From contig CAYVGJ010000005.1 of NCBI GenBank assembly GCA_964451165.1, forward strand, positions 85,695-149,694: DNA of 64,000 nt. Direction: 5' to 3'. Below the pieces are notes generated by a model, which searched no databases, was not told the DNA's origin, and worked only from the letters and a program-made list of their open reading frames with translations. Source of the DNA: an uncultured bacterium (GTDB lineage: Bacteria > Auribacterota > Auribacteria > Auribacterales > Auribacteraceae). Positions 40,192-50,382 of this stretch are shown piece by piece. Each line of letters begins with the position of its first letter. Within the stretch, counting starts at the first letter, position 1. Made by a program: the position numbers and the translations under genes.

Positions 40192-42831
40192 TCAATTGCC
40201 CACTTTTAATTTTATATCTGGAAAATCTTTTAAATAAAACATAACATAAAATGTTCTGTCTACTTCCTTTTCAACCCTTACATATCTCCTGTCACTATAT
40301 GAGAACGCCAGTTCCCACTCATGAAGGTCTTTTATTATCGTATAACGCTGGTAGTCCAAAATACTTCCATCGCTGGATGGTTTGTTGAAATCTATTATAT
40401 GTGATATTTGTATTCTCCAATCCTGATTTATCCTGTAATTGAATGTATGAGATAGCTGAGTACTTCCACCTATATAGAACGATGTATACACATCCCAGCT
40501 GACTTTATCAGTATTGAAGAAACTTAATCCCCATGTAACTTCCGATATCTGCCGTTTATATGGATCGTATCGTGTAATCAAACTTGTGGCAAGCCAATCA
40601 AATGGCTCAAATTTAAGATCAAACAAAAGATCGGAAAGATATTTATCTTTTGTACTGCTAAGCAATGGGGATCCCTGCACAATATTTCGTAGAAAAAAGA
40701 AATCAAGAGCGCTCAAATTTCGATAACTCGGATTCAAATGGCCTATCGGGTAAGTAGTTCTATCTGCTCCTGACGGAAAGAAATCAAACATCACCGCAAA
40801 ATCAATTAAATCGGTTGTGACTTCCTCTATTCCTTTATGCCTGATTTTCTGATCCCGATCAACAGTTTTGGGTGATATCTCGACTCTTTCTTTCCATCTA
40901 TTTGTCTGCAACAAATTTCTAAAATTGAAAGAGAATACTGCATCATCGTTATAACCATCTATCAAATCGAATTGATGGATTTTATCCGGATCTACATTCG
41001 TTTTTAAAATTTTAAAGTTTATCGAAGGTTCAAAAACATGCCTGATTTGATGAATATTCCAATTTTTGCTTTCAACAGGGAAAATTTTAGATACCTTCAT
41101 ATCTGTGTTTACACCAAATTCACCGACAAGTCTCGGTTCTTTTCTTCCACTGCGAAAATCCGAATAAGTTACTGTTCTCCCAGCAACATAAGGATCCACA
41201 TTAAGGCAATCCCAGAAAAACATCGGAATAGAAGCTTTCGCAAACGATGTCAACCTTGTAGAATCAAAATCACGGTTTTCATCGTCGAATAAGAAATTTA
41301 GCCGAGCCGCCCGGGAATCTGTTTCCACAAAAAGAGGTGTATCAAATAATTTTGCGTTTTTTGTGGTAAAACTGAATTCAGGTAACCTTTCAAGAACATC
41401 AAAAAAGCTATTAAACCGTGGTGATATATATGCCTCGAATTGATATTTTTCTGTTGCTTTTGTCAAATCGACGAAGTTTACTCGCTGTATCTGCTCTTCA
41501 AACTCTCTTTGGAAGAAGTCATCAATAATCTGTTTATCACTTTGGAAATTCAATTCGCCCAATAGCCTTGTATCTTCAGAAATTCTCTGCGCATGCTCAA
41601 GGGTAACGCGATACCTGTTCTTCGATCTTCTTTTTATACTCTGAACCTCATCCGGTGATTCTTCATATTTTTCAAATGCTTTATCGCGCAAAGCATAACT
41701 TTTAAACATACCTTTGATTTTTTCCTGAAAATTATACTGCGCATCAATACCGGGAGCCACACCGCGTTTTGACATCATGTCAAGAATAAGCTGTATCTTC
41801 AGGTTTTCAGAACGATATACCTGAAGCGAATTCAAAAGATAAGCGCCCCATTTTTTTGAGTATCCGGGAACCATTGAAAATGGTACATCTTTATCCAATA
41901 ATGGATAATACCAATATGGAACCCAGAATACGGGAACTTTCCCTATGGAAAAAACTATATTTTTCAGTATAATTTTATCCTGAGGATATATATCAACAGT
42001 CTTCGCTTTTATCCTGTAATCCGGTAGACGGTAATCGGATGTAGTTATATAACCGTTTTTTATGTGATACTCGGCCTTTTTCTCCGGTTTGTCAACATAT
42101 TCTCCATACAGGAAAAACGGTTTGAAGTGCCCTTTAGTATTCTCAAATTTCCCTTTTTCCAAAGCAAAATTGTAATACGCGTGTTCAGCAGTATATAACC
42201 GATCACCTTGATAAATACGCACATTACCATCGGCATAAGCGTCTTTTGTCATAAGATTAACAGTTATTTTATCAGCCGATAACTGAACCCCTTTAAAATT
42301 AATAACAACATTTCCGGTTCCTTTTACAAGCTGTTCTTCCTTAACATACTCAACATTATCCGCATTCACCTCGATAGGAAGGTCTTCCTTAATTTTCTGT
42401 ATATTATCCGCGTTGTCAGGTTCAGCAGGCTCGGCATTCTCAGGTTCAACTTGTGATTCTTTCACAGCAGGAACACCTTCTATTGTTTTGATTTCCTCTA
42501 TAGTTCCCGGTTTGAGTTCTTGCTGCTGAATAAAATTTTGTTCATTGTCAATTTCGGATTTTTTACCGTCATTAAAATCAACATCAGTAGTTTCTTCTAT
42601 AGGCAACCCTCTTTTTATTTTGTTGATAAATTGCTCATTATCAAATTCATGTTGATTTTTTACATTGAATTCAGCATTATCCTTTTTTTCTAAAATCGAG
42701 CCTTCATTATTAAATTCAACCGGATTTGAATTCTGGGCAAACAAATTTTGATTTATCAAAAATAGACAAATTAGAAATGATACTTTGAATTTTGAAAATT
42801 CAAAATTTTTAACCACAGCAATACCTTTCAT
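40192..42831 (-). CDS. lptD: LPS-assembly outer-membrane protein LptD/OstA-like
   Basis: Signal peptide; N-terminal OstA/LptA-type jellyroll ('ADNVEY...GNVVI...ADGNVRIYQGDRLYTAEHAYYNF'); a large C-terminal region with beta-barrel-like alternating hydrophobicity and a terminal aromatic residue. 879 aa. Confidence 0.6.
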   Translation of the reverse strand: MKGIAVVKNFEFSKFKVSFLICLFLINQNLFAQNSNPVEFNNEGSILEKKDNAEFNVKNQHEFDNEQFINKIKRGLPIEETTDVDFNDGKKSEIDNEQNFIQQQELKPGTIEEIKTIEGVPAVKESQVEPENAEPAEPDNADNIQKIKEDLPIEVNADNVEYVKEEQLVKGTGNVVINFKGVQLSADKITVNLMTKDAYADGNVRIYQGDRLYTAEHAYYNFALEKGKFENTKGHFKPFFLYGEYVDKPEKKAEYHIKNGYITTSDYRLPDYRIKAKTVDIYPQDKIILKNIVFSIGKVPVFWVPYWYYPLLDKDVPFSMVPGYSKKWGAYLLNSLQVYRSENLKIQLILDMMSKRGVAPGIDAQYNFQEKIKGMFKSYALRDKAFEKYEESPDEVQSIKRRSKNRYRVTLEHAQRISEDTRLLGELNFQSDKQIIDDFFQREFEEQIQRVNFVDLTKATEKYQFEAYISPRFNSFFDVLERLPEFSFTTKNAKLFDTPLFVETDSRAARLNFLFDDENRDFDSTRLTSFAKASIPMFFWDCLNVDPYVAGRTVTYSDFRSGRKEPRLVGEFGVNTDMKVSKIFPVESKNWNIHQIRHVFEPSINFKILKTNVDPDKIHQFDLIDGYNDDAVFSFNFRNLLQTNRWKERVEISPKTVDRDQKIRHKGIEEVTTDLIDFAVMFDFFPSGADRTTYPIGHLNPSYRNLSALDFFFLRNIVQGSPLLSSTKDKYLSDLLFDLKFEPFDWLATSLITRYDPYKRQISEVTWGLSFFNTDKVSWDVYTSFYIGGSTQLSHTFNYRINQDWRIQISHIIDFNKPSSDGSILDYQRYTIIKDLHEWELAFSYSDRRYVRVEKEVDRTFYVMFYLKDFPDIKLKVGN

Positions 42832-42939
42832 TTATTTTTTTAAAGGGAATTTTTTTATAAGTTTTATTGATAGAACCGGCTAAAAAATACTATCAAAATA
42901 TTTTTTAAAACCCAAACAATTTTTACATTTGTATAATTA

Positions 42940-43884
42940 TTATTTTTTCAGAAGCCAGTTGGCAAACTTTTCTATTCCTTCTTTAATACTTGTTTTCGGA
43001 TCGTATCCTAAAACCGACCTGGATTTTGTGATATCAGCGTATGTAATAGGAACATCTCCTTGTTGCATGGGCAATCTTTTTAAAACAGCTTTTTTCCCGA
43101 GTGTTACCTCGAGCAATTCAACCAGTTCCGCCAGAGAAGTGGTTTTTGAATTTCCAAGATTAAATACATCATATTCAAAATTCTTCTCTATAGCTTTTAG
43201 TATACCGCCGACAATATCGTCAACATAAGTATAATCTCTTCTCGAAGAACCATCGCCAAAAAATGGAAGCGGTTCGCCCTTAAGTATTTTCATAGCGAAA
43301 TTATGTATAGCCATCTCAGGGCGTTGACGCGGGCCGTATACGGTAAAAAATCGCAATATTGTAACGTTGAGTTTATATAAATAATGATAAACATGACACG
43401 ACATTTCAGCGCCAATTTTTGAAGCTGAATACGGAGAAATCGGTTTATCTATTCTGTCATCCTCAGAAAACGGAACTTTGCTGTTAACACCATAAACCGA
43501 TGATGTGGAACCGAAAATAAATTGTTTTACCTTGTTTTCTTTAGCCAGATCAAGAAGGTGTGTTGTGCCTATCATATTTACTCTGTTATATAAATCGGGT
43601 TCAGCTATTGACGGCCTAACCCCGGCTCGCGCGGCAAGATGAACAACAAGCTCGAAATTTTCTTTCCGGAATATTTCCTTCATTTTCTTATAATCCTGAA
43701 TATCACATTCATTCACTTTGAAACTGTTATAATCCAGAAATTCCCTGATATTTTCCCTCTTTATCCTGGGATCATAATAATCATTGAAATCATCCAGACA
43801 ACAAATATCGTGATTTGCCTTAATCAGCGATTGAATTAAATTCGAACCTATAAAACCTGCGCCTCCGGTAACAAGTATTTTCAC
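42940..43884 (-). CDS. NAD-dependent epimerase/dehydratase (UDP-glucuronate 4-epimerase / WcaG-like SDR)
   Basis: 'VTGGAGFIGS' and 'YSASK' (YxxxK). Confidence 0.75.
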   Translation of the reverse strand: MKILVTGGAGFIGSNLIQSLIKANHDICCLDDFNDYYDPRIKRENIREFLDYNSFKVNECDIQDYKKMKEIFRKENFELVVHLAARAGVRPSIAEPDLYNRVNMIGTTHLLDLAKENKVKQFIFGSTSSVYGVNSKVPFSEDDRIDKPISPYSASKIGAEMSCHVYHYLYKLNVTILRFFTVYGPRQRPEMAIHNFAMKILKGEPLPFFGDGSSRRDYTYVDDIVGGILKAIEKNFEYDVFNLGNSKTTSLAELVELLEVTLGKKAVLKRLPMQQGDVPITYADITKSRSVLGYDPKTSIKEGIEKFANWLLKK

Positions 43885-44879
43885 TGAACCGACTCCTCGT
43901 TAGAATTTCTCATTAAACTATATGTTGCCGCTCCCATTATCCCGGCATCTTCGCCTAGCATTGCAGGAACAATTTTAAGATTCTTTGTAGCTACCGGCAT
44001 AGCATATTTTTTTACAGTTTCAATAATAGGATCAAAAAGGATATCGCCCGCTTGCGCCACTCCACCACCCACAACAATTTTTTCAGGATTCAAAATATTT
44101 ACAAGGCTTGTGAAAGCAACACCGATATAATATCCTGTTTCTTTCCAGATAAAATTCGAAACCGTATCACCGTTTTTAGCCGCTTCAAAAATCATTTTGG
44201 GTGTCAGTTTGGATAAATCGCCATCTATCATCCTCAACAATATATCGCCCTGGTCAGGAGTTTTATCCAGAATAGCCACAGTACGTTTTACTATAGCATT
44301 ATTACCTACATACCTTTCAAGACATCCCTTGTTCCCGCAATTACATTTTTCACCATCTAAAAACAAACTTATATGACCGATTTCACCAGCACATAAAGTT
44401 GATCCGCGACATATTTTACCGTCCATAACAATCCCGCCACCTACACCTGTACCAAGTGTACAACAAAACATGTCTTTGCATCCCTTACCCGCACCATGAA
44501 TCCATTCACCGACAGTCATAAGGTTAACATCATTATCTATATAAGACGGAACACCGAGAATCTTTTTCATGTTCTCATGCACATTTACCTCACCCCAACC
44601 ACGAATATTGGTCAGGTCGCGAACAATACCGTTAACCGAATCGACACACCCCGGAAGGCCAATACCGATACTTGTCAAATCATCATGTACTAAATTCCAG
44701 TCAGATAACATGGAATCTATATCATCCTTTATCGACGCGAAAAATTTATCGGGTGTATTATATCTTTCCATCCATATTATTCTTCGCTCAATTATCTGCC
44801 AGTCCGAATTTACCAATCCGATTTTTATACTCGTTGCGCCGACATCGATTCCAACAGCATATTTAAATCCAGATATCAT
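43881..44879 (-). CDS. ROK-family sugar kinase (glucokinase-like)
   Basis: 'GIDVGATSIK', 'GAGKG' and the zinc motif 'CNCGNKGCLE'. 332 aa. Confidence 0.8.
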   Translation of the reverse strand: MISGFKYAVGIDVGATSIKIGLVNSDWQIIERRIIWMERYNTPDKFFASIKDDIDSMLSDWNLVHDDLTSIGIGLPGCVDSVNGIVRDLTNIRGWGEVNVHENMKKILGVPSYIDNDVNLMTVGEWIHGAGKGCKDMFCCTLGTGVGGGIVMDGKICRGSTLCAGEIGHISLFLDGEKCNCGNKGCLERYVGNNAIVKRTVAILDKTPDQGDILLRMIDGDLSKLTPKMIFEAAKNGDTVSNFIWKETGYYIGVAFTSLVNILNPEKIVVGGGVAQAGDILFDPIIETVKKYAMPVATKNLKIVPAMLGEDAGIMGAATYSLMRNSNEESVQ

Positions 44880-44883
44880 TTAA

Positions 44884-45657
44884 TTAATCCCTTATACTAA
44901 AAAAATTCTTTGTATTGTTATATGTTATTTGCGCCATATCAGACACATTCATTTTTCTTATTTCAGCAAGAGATTCAAGAGTATTTACCAAATAAGCAGG
45001 CTCGTTTCGTTTTCCCCTATATCCCTGCGGAGCAAGATAAGGCGAATCCGTTTCTATCAATATACGGTCTAAAGGTACAACCATGGCCGCCTGCCTTATT
45101 GCTTGCGAATTTTTAAATGTCAGTATTCCGGAAAATGATACATAAAATCCCATTTCAAGTATTTTCCTGCAAAAGATATCATCACCCGAAAAACAATGAA
45201 ACAAACAACGCAATCCGGATTTTTCCCCAAGCACTTTCAGAATAACATCTTCGGCTTCCCGGCAATGAACGATAACGGGTAAACTCAATTCAGCGGCAAT
45301 ATCGAGATGTTTTTTAAATAATACAACCTGGTGTTCTTTTATATCCTTTCCGTAATAAAAATCAAGCCCTGTTTCACCCACAGCCACGTATTTCTTATTG
45401 GATCTCAGTATATAATATAACTTTTCAATTTCTTCTTCATTAACTTGCTCAGCGTAATGAGGATGAATGCCAGCCGTCGGGTAAATCCAGTTATATTTTT
45501 CGCTCAAATTCAACACATTTAGAGATACTTCAACCGAATCCGCCACCGAGATAATTCCGCTGACATGGTTTTGGCTCGCCCTACAAATAACATCATCCAC
45601 ATCAACGGCAAACTTTTCGTCAGTTAAATGAGCATGTGAATCGAAAATGTTCATCAA
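44884..45657 (-). CDS. tatD: TatD-family metal-dependent DNase/hydrolase
   Basis: 'FDSHAHL', 'GETGLDFYY' and 'HCR'. Directly downstream of metG, as in Bacillus (metS-yabD). Confidence 0.85.
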   Translation of the reverse strand: MMNIFDSHAHLTDEKFAVDVDDVICRASQNHVSGIISVADSVEVSLNVLNLSEKYNWIYPTAGIHPHYAEQVNEEEIEKLYYILRSNKKYVAVGETGLDFYYGKDIKEHQVVLFKKHLDIAAELSLPVIVHCREAEDVILKVLGEKSGLRCLFHCFSGDDIFCRKILEMGFYVSFSGILTFKNSQAIRQAAMVVPLDRILIETDSPYLAPQGYRGKRNEPAYLVNTLESLAEIRKMNVSDMAQITYNNTKNFFSIRD

Positions 45658-47180
45658 ACTTCACTTTTCGGAAATATCGGCTCGATTTTCCCGATCGCAT
45701 GGCCTGAAGAGATACGCCCCCAGACCGAAGCTTCATCGAGAGTAATCGGATAATTTATATTCAACTGGTCCTGAACACGATTGGATATCGTCGGCATTAC
45801 CGGGTACACAAGTATATTGGCTATACGGATCATTTCAACGAGAGAATACAGAGTAAAATCAAGTTCTTCGGAATTTTTATCCTGCTTATATAATTTCCAC
45901 GGCGCCTGAGAATCGACAAACCTGTTGCTAAGCTGGATCAACTGCCATACTTTTGATAAAACAATATTGATCCGCATCGTATTGTAATCTTCCTCGATCG
46001 ATCCCAAAATATCGGAGAGAATACCGCGCCATTCTTCCACAACCGGATTGGATAAATTTCTTGTAGAATAAACTTTACCATCCCGGTATTTGTTTATCAT
46101 GGATAACGTTCTCTGGATAAGATTCCCCCAATCATTGGCAAGATCCGACTGATACCGCTGGTGATAATTTTCCATTACAAAATCGCCGTCCCTGTCGAAA
46201 GGTATTTCTCTCATCAGATAATACCTGAGCGGATCTGCACCGTATTTCTGCGCCAACGATACCGGATCCAGAGCGGTTCCGGCTGATTTACTCATTTTCT
46301 CACCGGATAAATATATAAAACCGTGCCCAAATACTTTTTGCGGTGCCTCAATACCTGCCGCCATCAGCATTGCAGGCCAAATTATACAGTGAAACCGTGT
46401 AATATCTTTCCCGATAACATGCATATCCGCAGGCCACAATTTACTAAATTTATCATCGTATTCCGGAAACCCTGCGCCGGTTATATAATTTATAAGGGCA
46501 TCAAACCACACATAAACCACGTGTTTTTCGTCAAAAGGCACAGGAATACCCCATACTTCGGAAGAGCGCGATACACTTATATCCTCAAGCCCATTTTTTA
46601 TAACATTTACGATTTCATTTCTGCGTATTTCCGGTTCAATAAACCGTGGGTTCTTCTCAATAAGATCAAGCAATCGTTGTGCATAAGCCGAAAGTCTGAA
46701 AAAGTAATTTTCTTCTTCAAGCCATTGTGGTTTTGTATTATGAATCGGACAGTTGGAATTAACCAGTTCTTTCTCCATATAAAACCGTTCACAGGATATA
46801 CAGTACCATCCGGCATATTTACCTTTATAAATATCGCCGTTTTCATTAATGCGCCGGAATAATTCCTGAACGGATTTTATGTGATCATTATCCGTGGTTC
46901 TTATAAACCTATCGTATTTTATATCGAGTTTATTCCAGACCTTTTCAAATTCCTGAGCCATCTGATCACAGTAAATTTTGGTATCAAGATTTTTCAGTTT
47001 CGCCTGTTTAGCCACGTTCGCGCTGTGTTCATCAACTCCCATTAAGAAAAATACATCGTATCCTGCCATCCTCTTGAATCGCGCCATTACATCCGCGCCT
47101 ATTTTTTCATACGCGGTTCCAAGGTGAGGTAGTGCATTTACATAATCTATGGCTGTTGTGATGTAGAATTTCCTGTTCAT
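45654..47180 (-). CDS. metG: Methionyl-tRNA synthetase (short form)
   Basis: HIGH-region 'PHLGTAYEKI', zinc knuckle 'CISCERF...CPIH' and 'KMSKS'. 508 aa. Confidence 0.9.
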   Translation of the reverse strand: MNRKFYITTAIDYVNALPHLGTAYEKIGADVMARFKRMAGYDVFFLMGVDEHSANVAKQAKLKNLDTKIYCDQMAQEFEKVWNKLDIKYDRFIRTTDNDHIKSVQELFRRINENGDIYKGKYAGWYCISCERFYMEKELVNSNCPIHNTKPQWLEEENYFFRLSAYAQRLLDLIEKNPRFIEPEIRRNEIVNVIKNGLEDISVSRSSEVWGIPVPFDEKHVVYVWFDALINYITGAGFPEYDDKFSKLWPADMHVIGKDITRFHCIIWPAMLMAAGIEAPQKVFGHGFIYLSGEKMSKSAGTALDPVSLAQKYGADPLRYYLMREIPFDRDGDFVMENYHQRYQSDLANDWGNLIQRTLSMINKYRDGKVYSTRNLSNPVVEEWRGILSDILGSIEEDYNTMRINIVLSKVWQLIQLSNRFVDSQAPWKLYKQDKNSEELDFTLYSLVEMIRIANILVYPVMPTISNRVQDQLNINYPITLDEASVWGRISSGHAIGKIEPIFPKSEV

Positions 47181-47197
47181 AACTATCCCTTGCTGGA

Positions 47198-48307
47198 TTA
47201 TTTTTTGTGATTATGATTGTTATTATTATTAAAATTCCTTCGGTTATCGTTGTTATGATTATGATGATTTGGCCTATTTTGATTATTTTCCCGATCTTTG
47301 AATTCTCTCTTTTCCCTTTTATCTTTTTCTCTGGTATCAGTTTGAATTGTATCGGAATCCAATTCGTCATCATCGTCGTCGTCAAACTCGTCAAGATCGC
47401 TCGGTATATCCTCAAGTTTTCTCAGTTCCTTGACATCTATTTCTTCACCAAGCCGTTTGGTTTCTACTTTAGCCAATGGCTGATCTTTTAGAATTTTTAT
47501 CTCCTCTACAGGAAATTCAGTGATATTCTGATTCTCCAACTGAACCAGCACAGTTCTTTTAATTATATTAAGATCAATTACTTTACCTTGTCCCGTACGC
47601 GTAGACACAATAGATCCTTCTCGTGGCATTGTTTTGGCCGTTTTACGGTAATATTTATATTCATACCGCAAACAACAATGAAGCCTTCCGCACAACCCTG
47701 AAATTTTTGACGGATTCAATGGAAGACGCTGTTCTTTTGCCATCCTGATATTTATCGGAGCGAATTCATACAAAAAGGTACAGCAACACAACTGCCTTCC
47801 GCAAGAAGCGAGTCCTCCAAGAATTTTTGATTCATCGCGCACACCGATTTGCCTCAATTCTATTCTCGCACGAAACTCAGTAGCAAGCGATTTTACAAGT
47901 TCTCTGAAATCCACCCTTCCGTCAGCCGTAAAATAAAAAATAACTTTTGAGCAATCAAGACTAAACTCAACATCAACCAGTTTCATATCGAGATTATGCT
48001 CGGATATCCTTCGCAAACATTTCTGATATGCCTGATTCGCTTTCTTTTTATTCTCGTCGATCTTAATTAAATCGTTTTCGGTAAGTTTTCTTTTTATTCT
48101 CTTTACTATCGATCCTTTAATATCGTCAGGTGATGGTTCGATAAACGATAATATTTTACCGTAATCTTCCGCACGATCAAGTTCAACGACACAATATTCT
48201 CCAGGTTTTATTTCCATATCCTCAGGTTGTTTGCAGACATAATTTCTGCCAGCTTCACGCATTCTTATCAGAAACCATTTCGTGATCTTTTTTTGATCTG
48301 TATTCAT
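47198..48307 (-). CDS. ricT: PSP1-domain protein (RicT/YaaT-like) with a D/N/H-rich C-terminal tail
   Basis: Conserved 'CGRQLCCCTFL...LCGRLHCC' Cys clusters of the PSP1/RicT family. Lies downstream of holB, the conserved position. The last ~70 aa are low-complexity D/E/N/H. Confidence 0.7.
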   Translation of the reverse strand: MNTDQKKITKWFLIRMREAGRNYVCKQPEDMEIKPGEYCVVELDRAEDYGKILSFIEPSPDDIKGSIVKRIKRKLTENDLIKIDENKKKANQAYQKCLRRISEHNLDMKLVDVEFSLDCSKVIFYFTADGRVDFRELVKSLATEFRARIELRQIGVRDESKILGGLASCGRQLCCCTFLYEFAPINIRMAKEQRLPLNPSKISGLCGRLHCCLRYEYKYYRKTAKTMPREGSIVSTRTGQGKVIDLNIIKRTVLVQLENQNITEFPVEEIKILKDQPLAKVETKRLGEEIDVKELRKLEDIPSDLDEFDDDDDDELDSDTIQTDTREKDKREKREFKDRENNQNRPNHHNHNNDNRRNFNNNNNHNHKK

Positions 48308-48308
48308 C

Positions 48309-49286
48309 TCAATTCACTCCATATTCGACTAACTCATAGCTTTTTAATACGCATGATTTTTCATTCATAGATTTGTTACTTTCAGGAAACACTGTTTCCT
48401 GAACCAGTTTGACCAACCCGATTTTCGGTGAAAACCACATTCGCGTTCTGGTTTTCAAAACCTGGTTTTCTATTTCATCCAACCTTTCTATATAAAGGCA
48501 GTCATCATAAGATCCATAATCCGTTTGTAAAGACTCTATTCCTTTGATTTGATTATCCGACTTAATCTTAACACCATTCTCCTGCCCCATATCAACCCAT
48601 CTGCGGCAATATTTCAAAAAAGGATTTAAAGGTACCCATCTTTGAAAAAAAGGAAAATCATCTATTGATTCGGTTGTCCTCATTACCAAAAACGATTTAT
48701 CCAAATCATTTATTAACGAGCCCATAAATAATATTTTTTTTAATACTTTTTTCTCCCCCGATCTTTTCATCTCAAATACATATACAGGTTTCAAATGCCA
48801 TCTGTACTGTCCAAAATAAGTGGATTCTAATATATTTGATATTCTCCATTCAAGTTTATATTCTTTTTTATTCGCGCTTTTTTTATTTTTATTCAAGCTT
48901 TCACTAACATATAAGACTTTATATTTCCACCAGTTTCCCTCTTTCAAAGGAAAATAAACCGTATCTTTTTTTATTTTTTTGTTCTTTGTTAAAACTTTTT
49001 TAGCGCTTTTTGCCGGTTTGGAACCAGGCAATATCTTTACATTTTCATCTATATCCCATTTTTCAATTATTTGAATACTTTTTATTCCCTTTCGTTCAAG
49101 AAGTATTGTATCACCTTCAATATCAACATATACTCCTTTTTTATCTTCTTTAACTATTTTCCCTATTATTGTCTTTCCGTCTATAGTTTTAATAATATCG
49201 TCCGCAAAAATATTCAAGCAATGGACAAAAACAATAGTTACCACCCAATATGTTAAATATATGTTTTTTTTATTTTGAATAAACAC
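48309..49286 (-). CDS. Hypothetical secreted protein (putative GTG start)
   Basis: Signal-peptide-like 'FIQNKKNIYLTYWVVTIVFVHCLNIFA' when started at the in-frame GTG (about 49286). The longer track ORF (to 49391) would overlap holB by about 120 nt. Confidence 0.4.
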   Translation of the reverse strand: MFIQNKKNIYLTYWVVTIVFVHCLNIFADDIIKTIDGKTIIGKIVKEDKKGVYVDIEGDTILLERKGIKSIQIIEKWDIDENVKILPGSKPAKSAKKVLTKNKKIKKDTVYFPLKEGNWWKYKVLYVSESLNKNKKSANKKEYKLEWRISNILESTYFGQYRWHLKPVYVFEMKRSGEKKVLKKILFMGSLINDLDKSFLVMRTTESIDDFPFFQRWVPLNPFLKYCRRWVDMGQENGVKIKSDNQIKGIESLQTDYGSYDDCLYIERLDEIENQVLKTRTRMWFSPKIGLVKLVQETVFPESNKSMNEKSCVLKSYELVEYGVN

Positions 49287-50382
49287 CGATTCTTCTCTGT
49301 ATTCTTTCAAAAAGGATTTCAAGCACAAATTCCAAAGCTGTATTTCCTTTAAACCCCTCATAAGCTTTCTGAATATCACACTGAATCTCATTTAAAGTAT
49401 CAAAATCATATTTATAAGCCACTTTTTTTATTTTCTCGCATTTATCCAGATTAATCAACTGCGATTCCGTTTCAGTTTCCTTAAAAACAATTATATCTCT
49501 GCATAAGGATTCCAAAAACTGAAAGAAATCACTAACTTCCTCGTTGTATAAACTTTTTTCAATCGCTTTTTTTTCTTTTTCATCAAGATCATCATCGTCA
49601 GATGGATCTGCCGATGTATATCTCGGGTCATTTAGCACAGCTTTTTTCGCTAAATTGGAAATCTTAGACTCAAATTCATCCGCTAAAGACAAAAACTCAT
49701 GTTTTTCATCGAACAAATCAAAAACTGAATCGAGAACACAATCTCTCCATTCTCTTCTTTCGTTATCGGAATATCTTATCGCGTATGTAAAATTACCTCT
49801 GGAAATATCGGCTATCATTTCGGATTTGGATTTATCGAATTCATATTCATTGATGAGAAATTCCACAATAACTTCACGAGGAGAAACCGGAAAATAAATC
49901 TGCTGGCATCTTGAAACTATTGTTGAAAGAATTTTTTCTATATCATCGGATATAAGAATTATAAGAGAGTTATCCGGTGGTTCCTCAATAGTTTTTAGCA
50001 TTGCGTTTGCCGCATCAGGACGCATTCTGTCAGCATCGATTATAATACCTATTTTTTTACTTCCATCGACACTTTTAAGTGAAAGAAACGACTGTAATCT
50101 TCTTACTGTTTCAATTTTTATAACCCGCGCTGCACCAAATGGGCGTAAAATAAATATATCCTGATGAACCCCTTTTTCAATTTGGCGGCAGGATTGACAA
50201 ATATCGCAATAATCATCCTGTTTACTTTTGCAGAACAACCTTTTTGCCAACGACTGGGCAGTCCAATACTTCTTCTGCTGGTCCTGTCCAAGAAAAATGT
50301 AAGCATGTGCCAACCTGTTTGAATCATGCACTCTGCTTATAAACGAGCCATCCCATATATTAGACTTTTTCCAACACATCAA
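49270..50382 (-). CDS. holB: DNA polymerase III delta' subunit
   Basis: 'HAYIFLG', the zinc module 'CDICQSCRQI' and an AAA+ clamp-loader-like fold. Immediately downstream of tmk. Confidence 0.8.
   Translation of the reverse strand: MMCWKKSNIWDGSFISRVHDSNRLAHAYIFLGQDQQKKYWTAQSLAKRLFCKSKQDDYCDICQSCRQIEKGVHQDIFILRPFGAARVIKIETVRRLQSFLSLKSVDGSKKIGIIIDADRMRPDAANAMLKTIEEPPDNSLIILISDDIEKILSTIVSRCQQIYFPVSPREVIVEFLINEYEFDKSKSEMIADISRGNFTYAIRYSDNERREWRDCVLDSVFDLFDEKHEFLSLADEFESKISNLAKKAVLNDPRYTSADPSDDDDLDEKEKKAIEKSLYNEEVSDFFQFLESLCRDIIVFKETETESQLINLDKCEKIKKVAYKYDFDTLNEIQCDIQKAYEGFKGNTALEFVLEILFERIQRRIGVYSK

Noticed and set aside
46323-46862. 179-aa ORF on the plus strand inside metG
   Set aside because: Entirely antisense to a strongly conserved MetRS coding region (HIGH, KMSKS and zinc knuckle all in the minus frame). 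Composition is typical of an antisense read-through of an AT-rich gene.
47107-47491. Overlapping small ORFs (102 aa on minus, 94 aa on plus) over the ricT 3' end
   Set aside because: They arise from the low-complexity A/T-rich repeat DNA that encodes the RicT D/N/H tail. Translations are I/T/K homopolymer-like.
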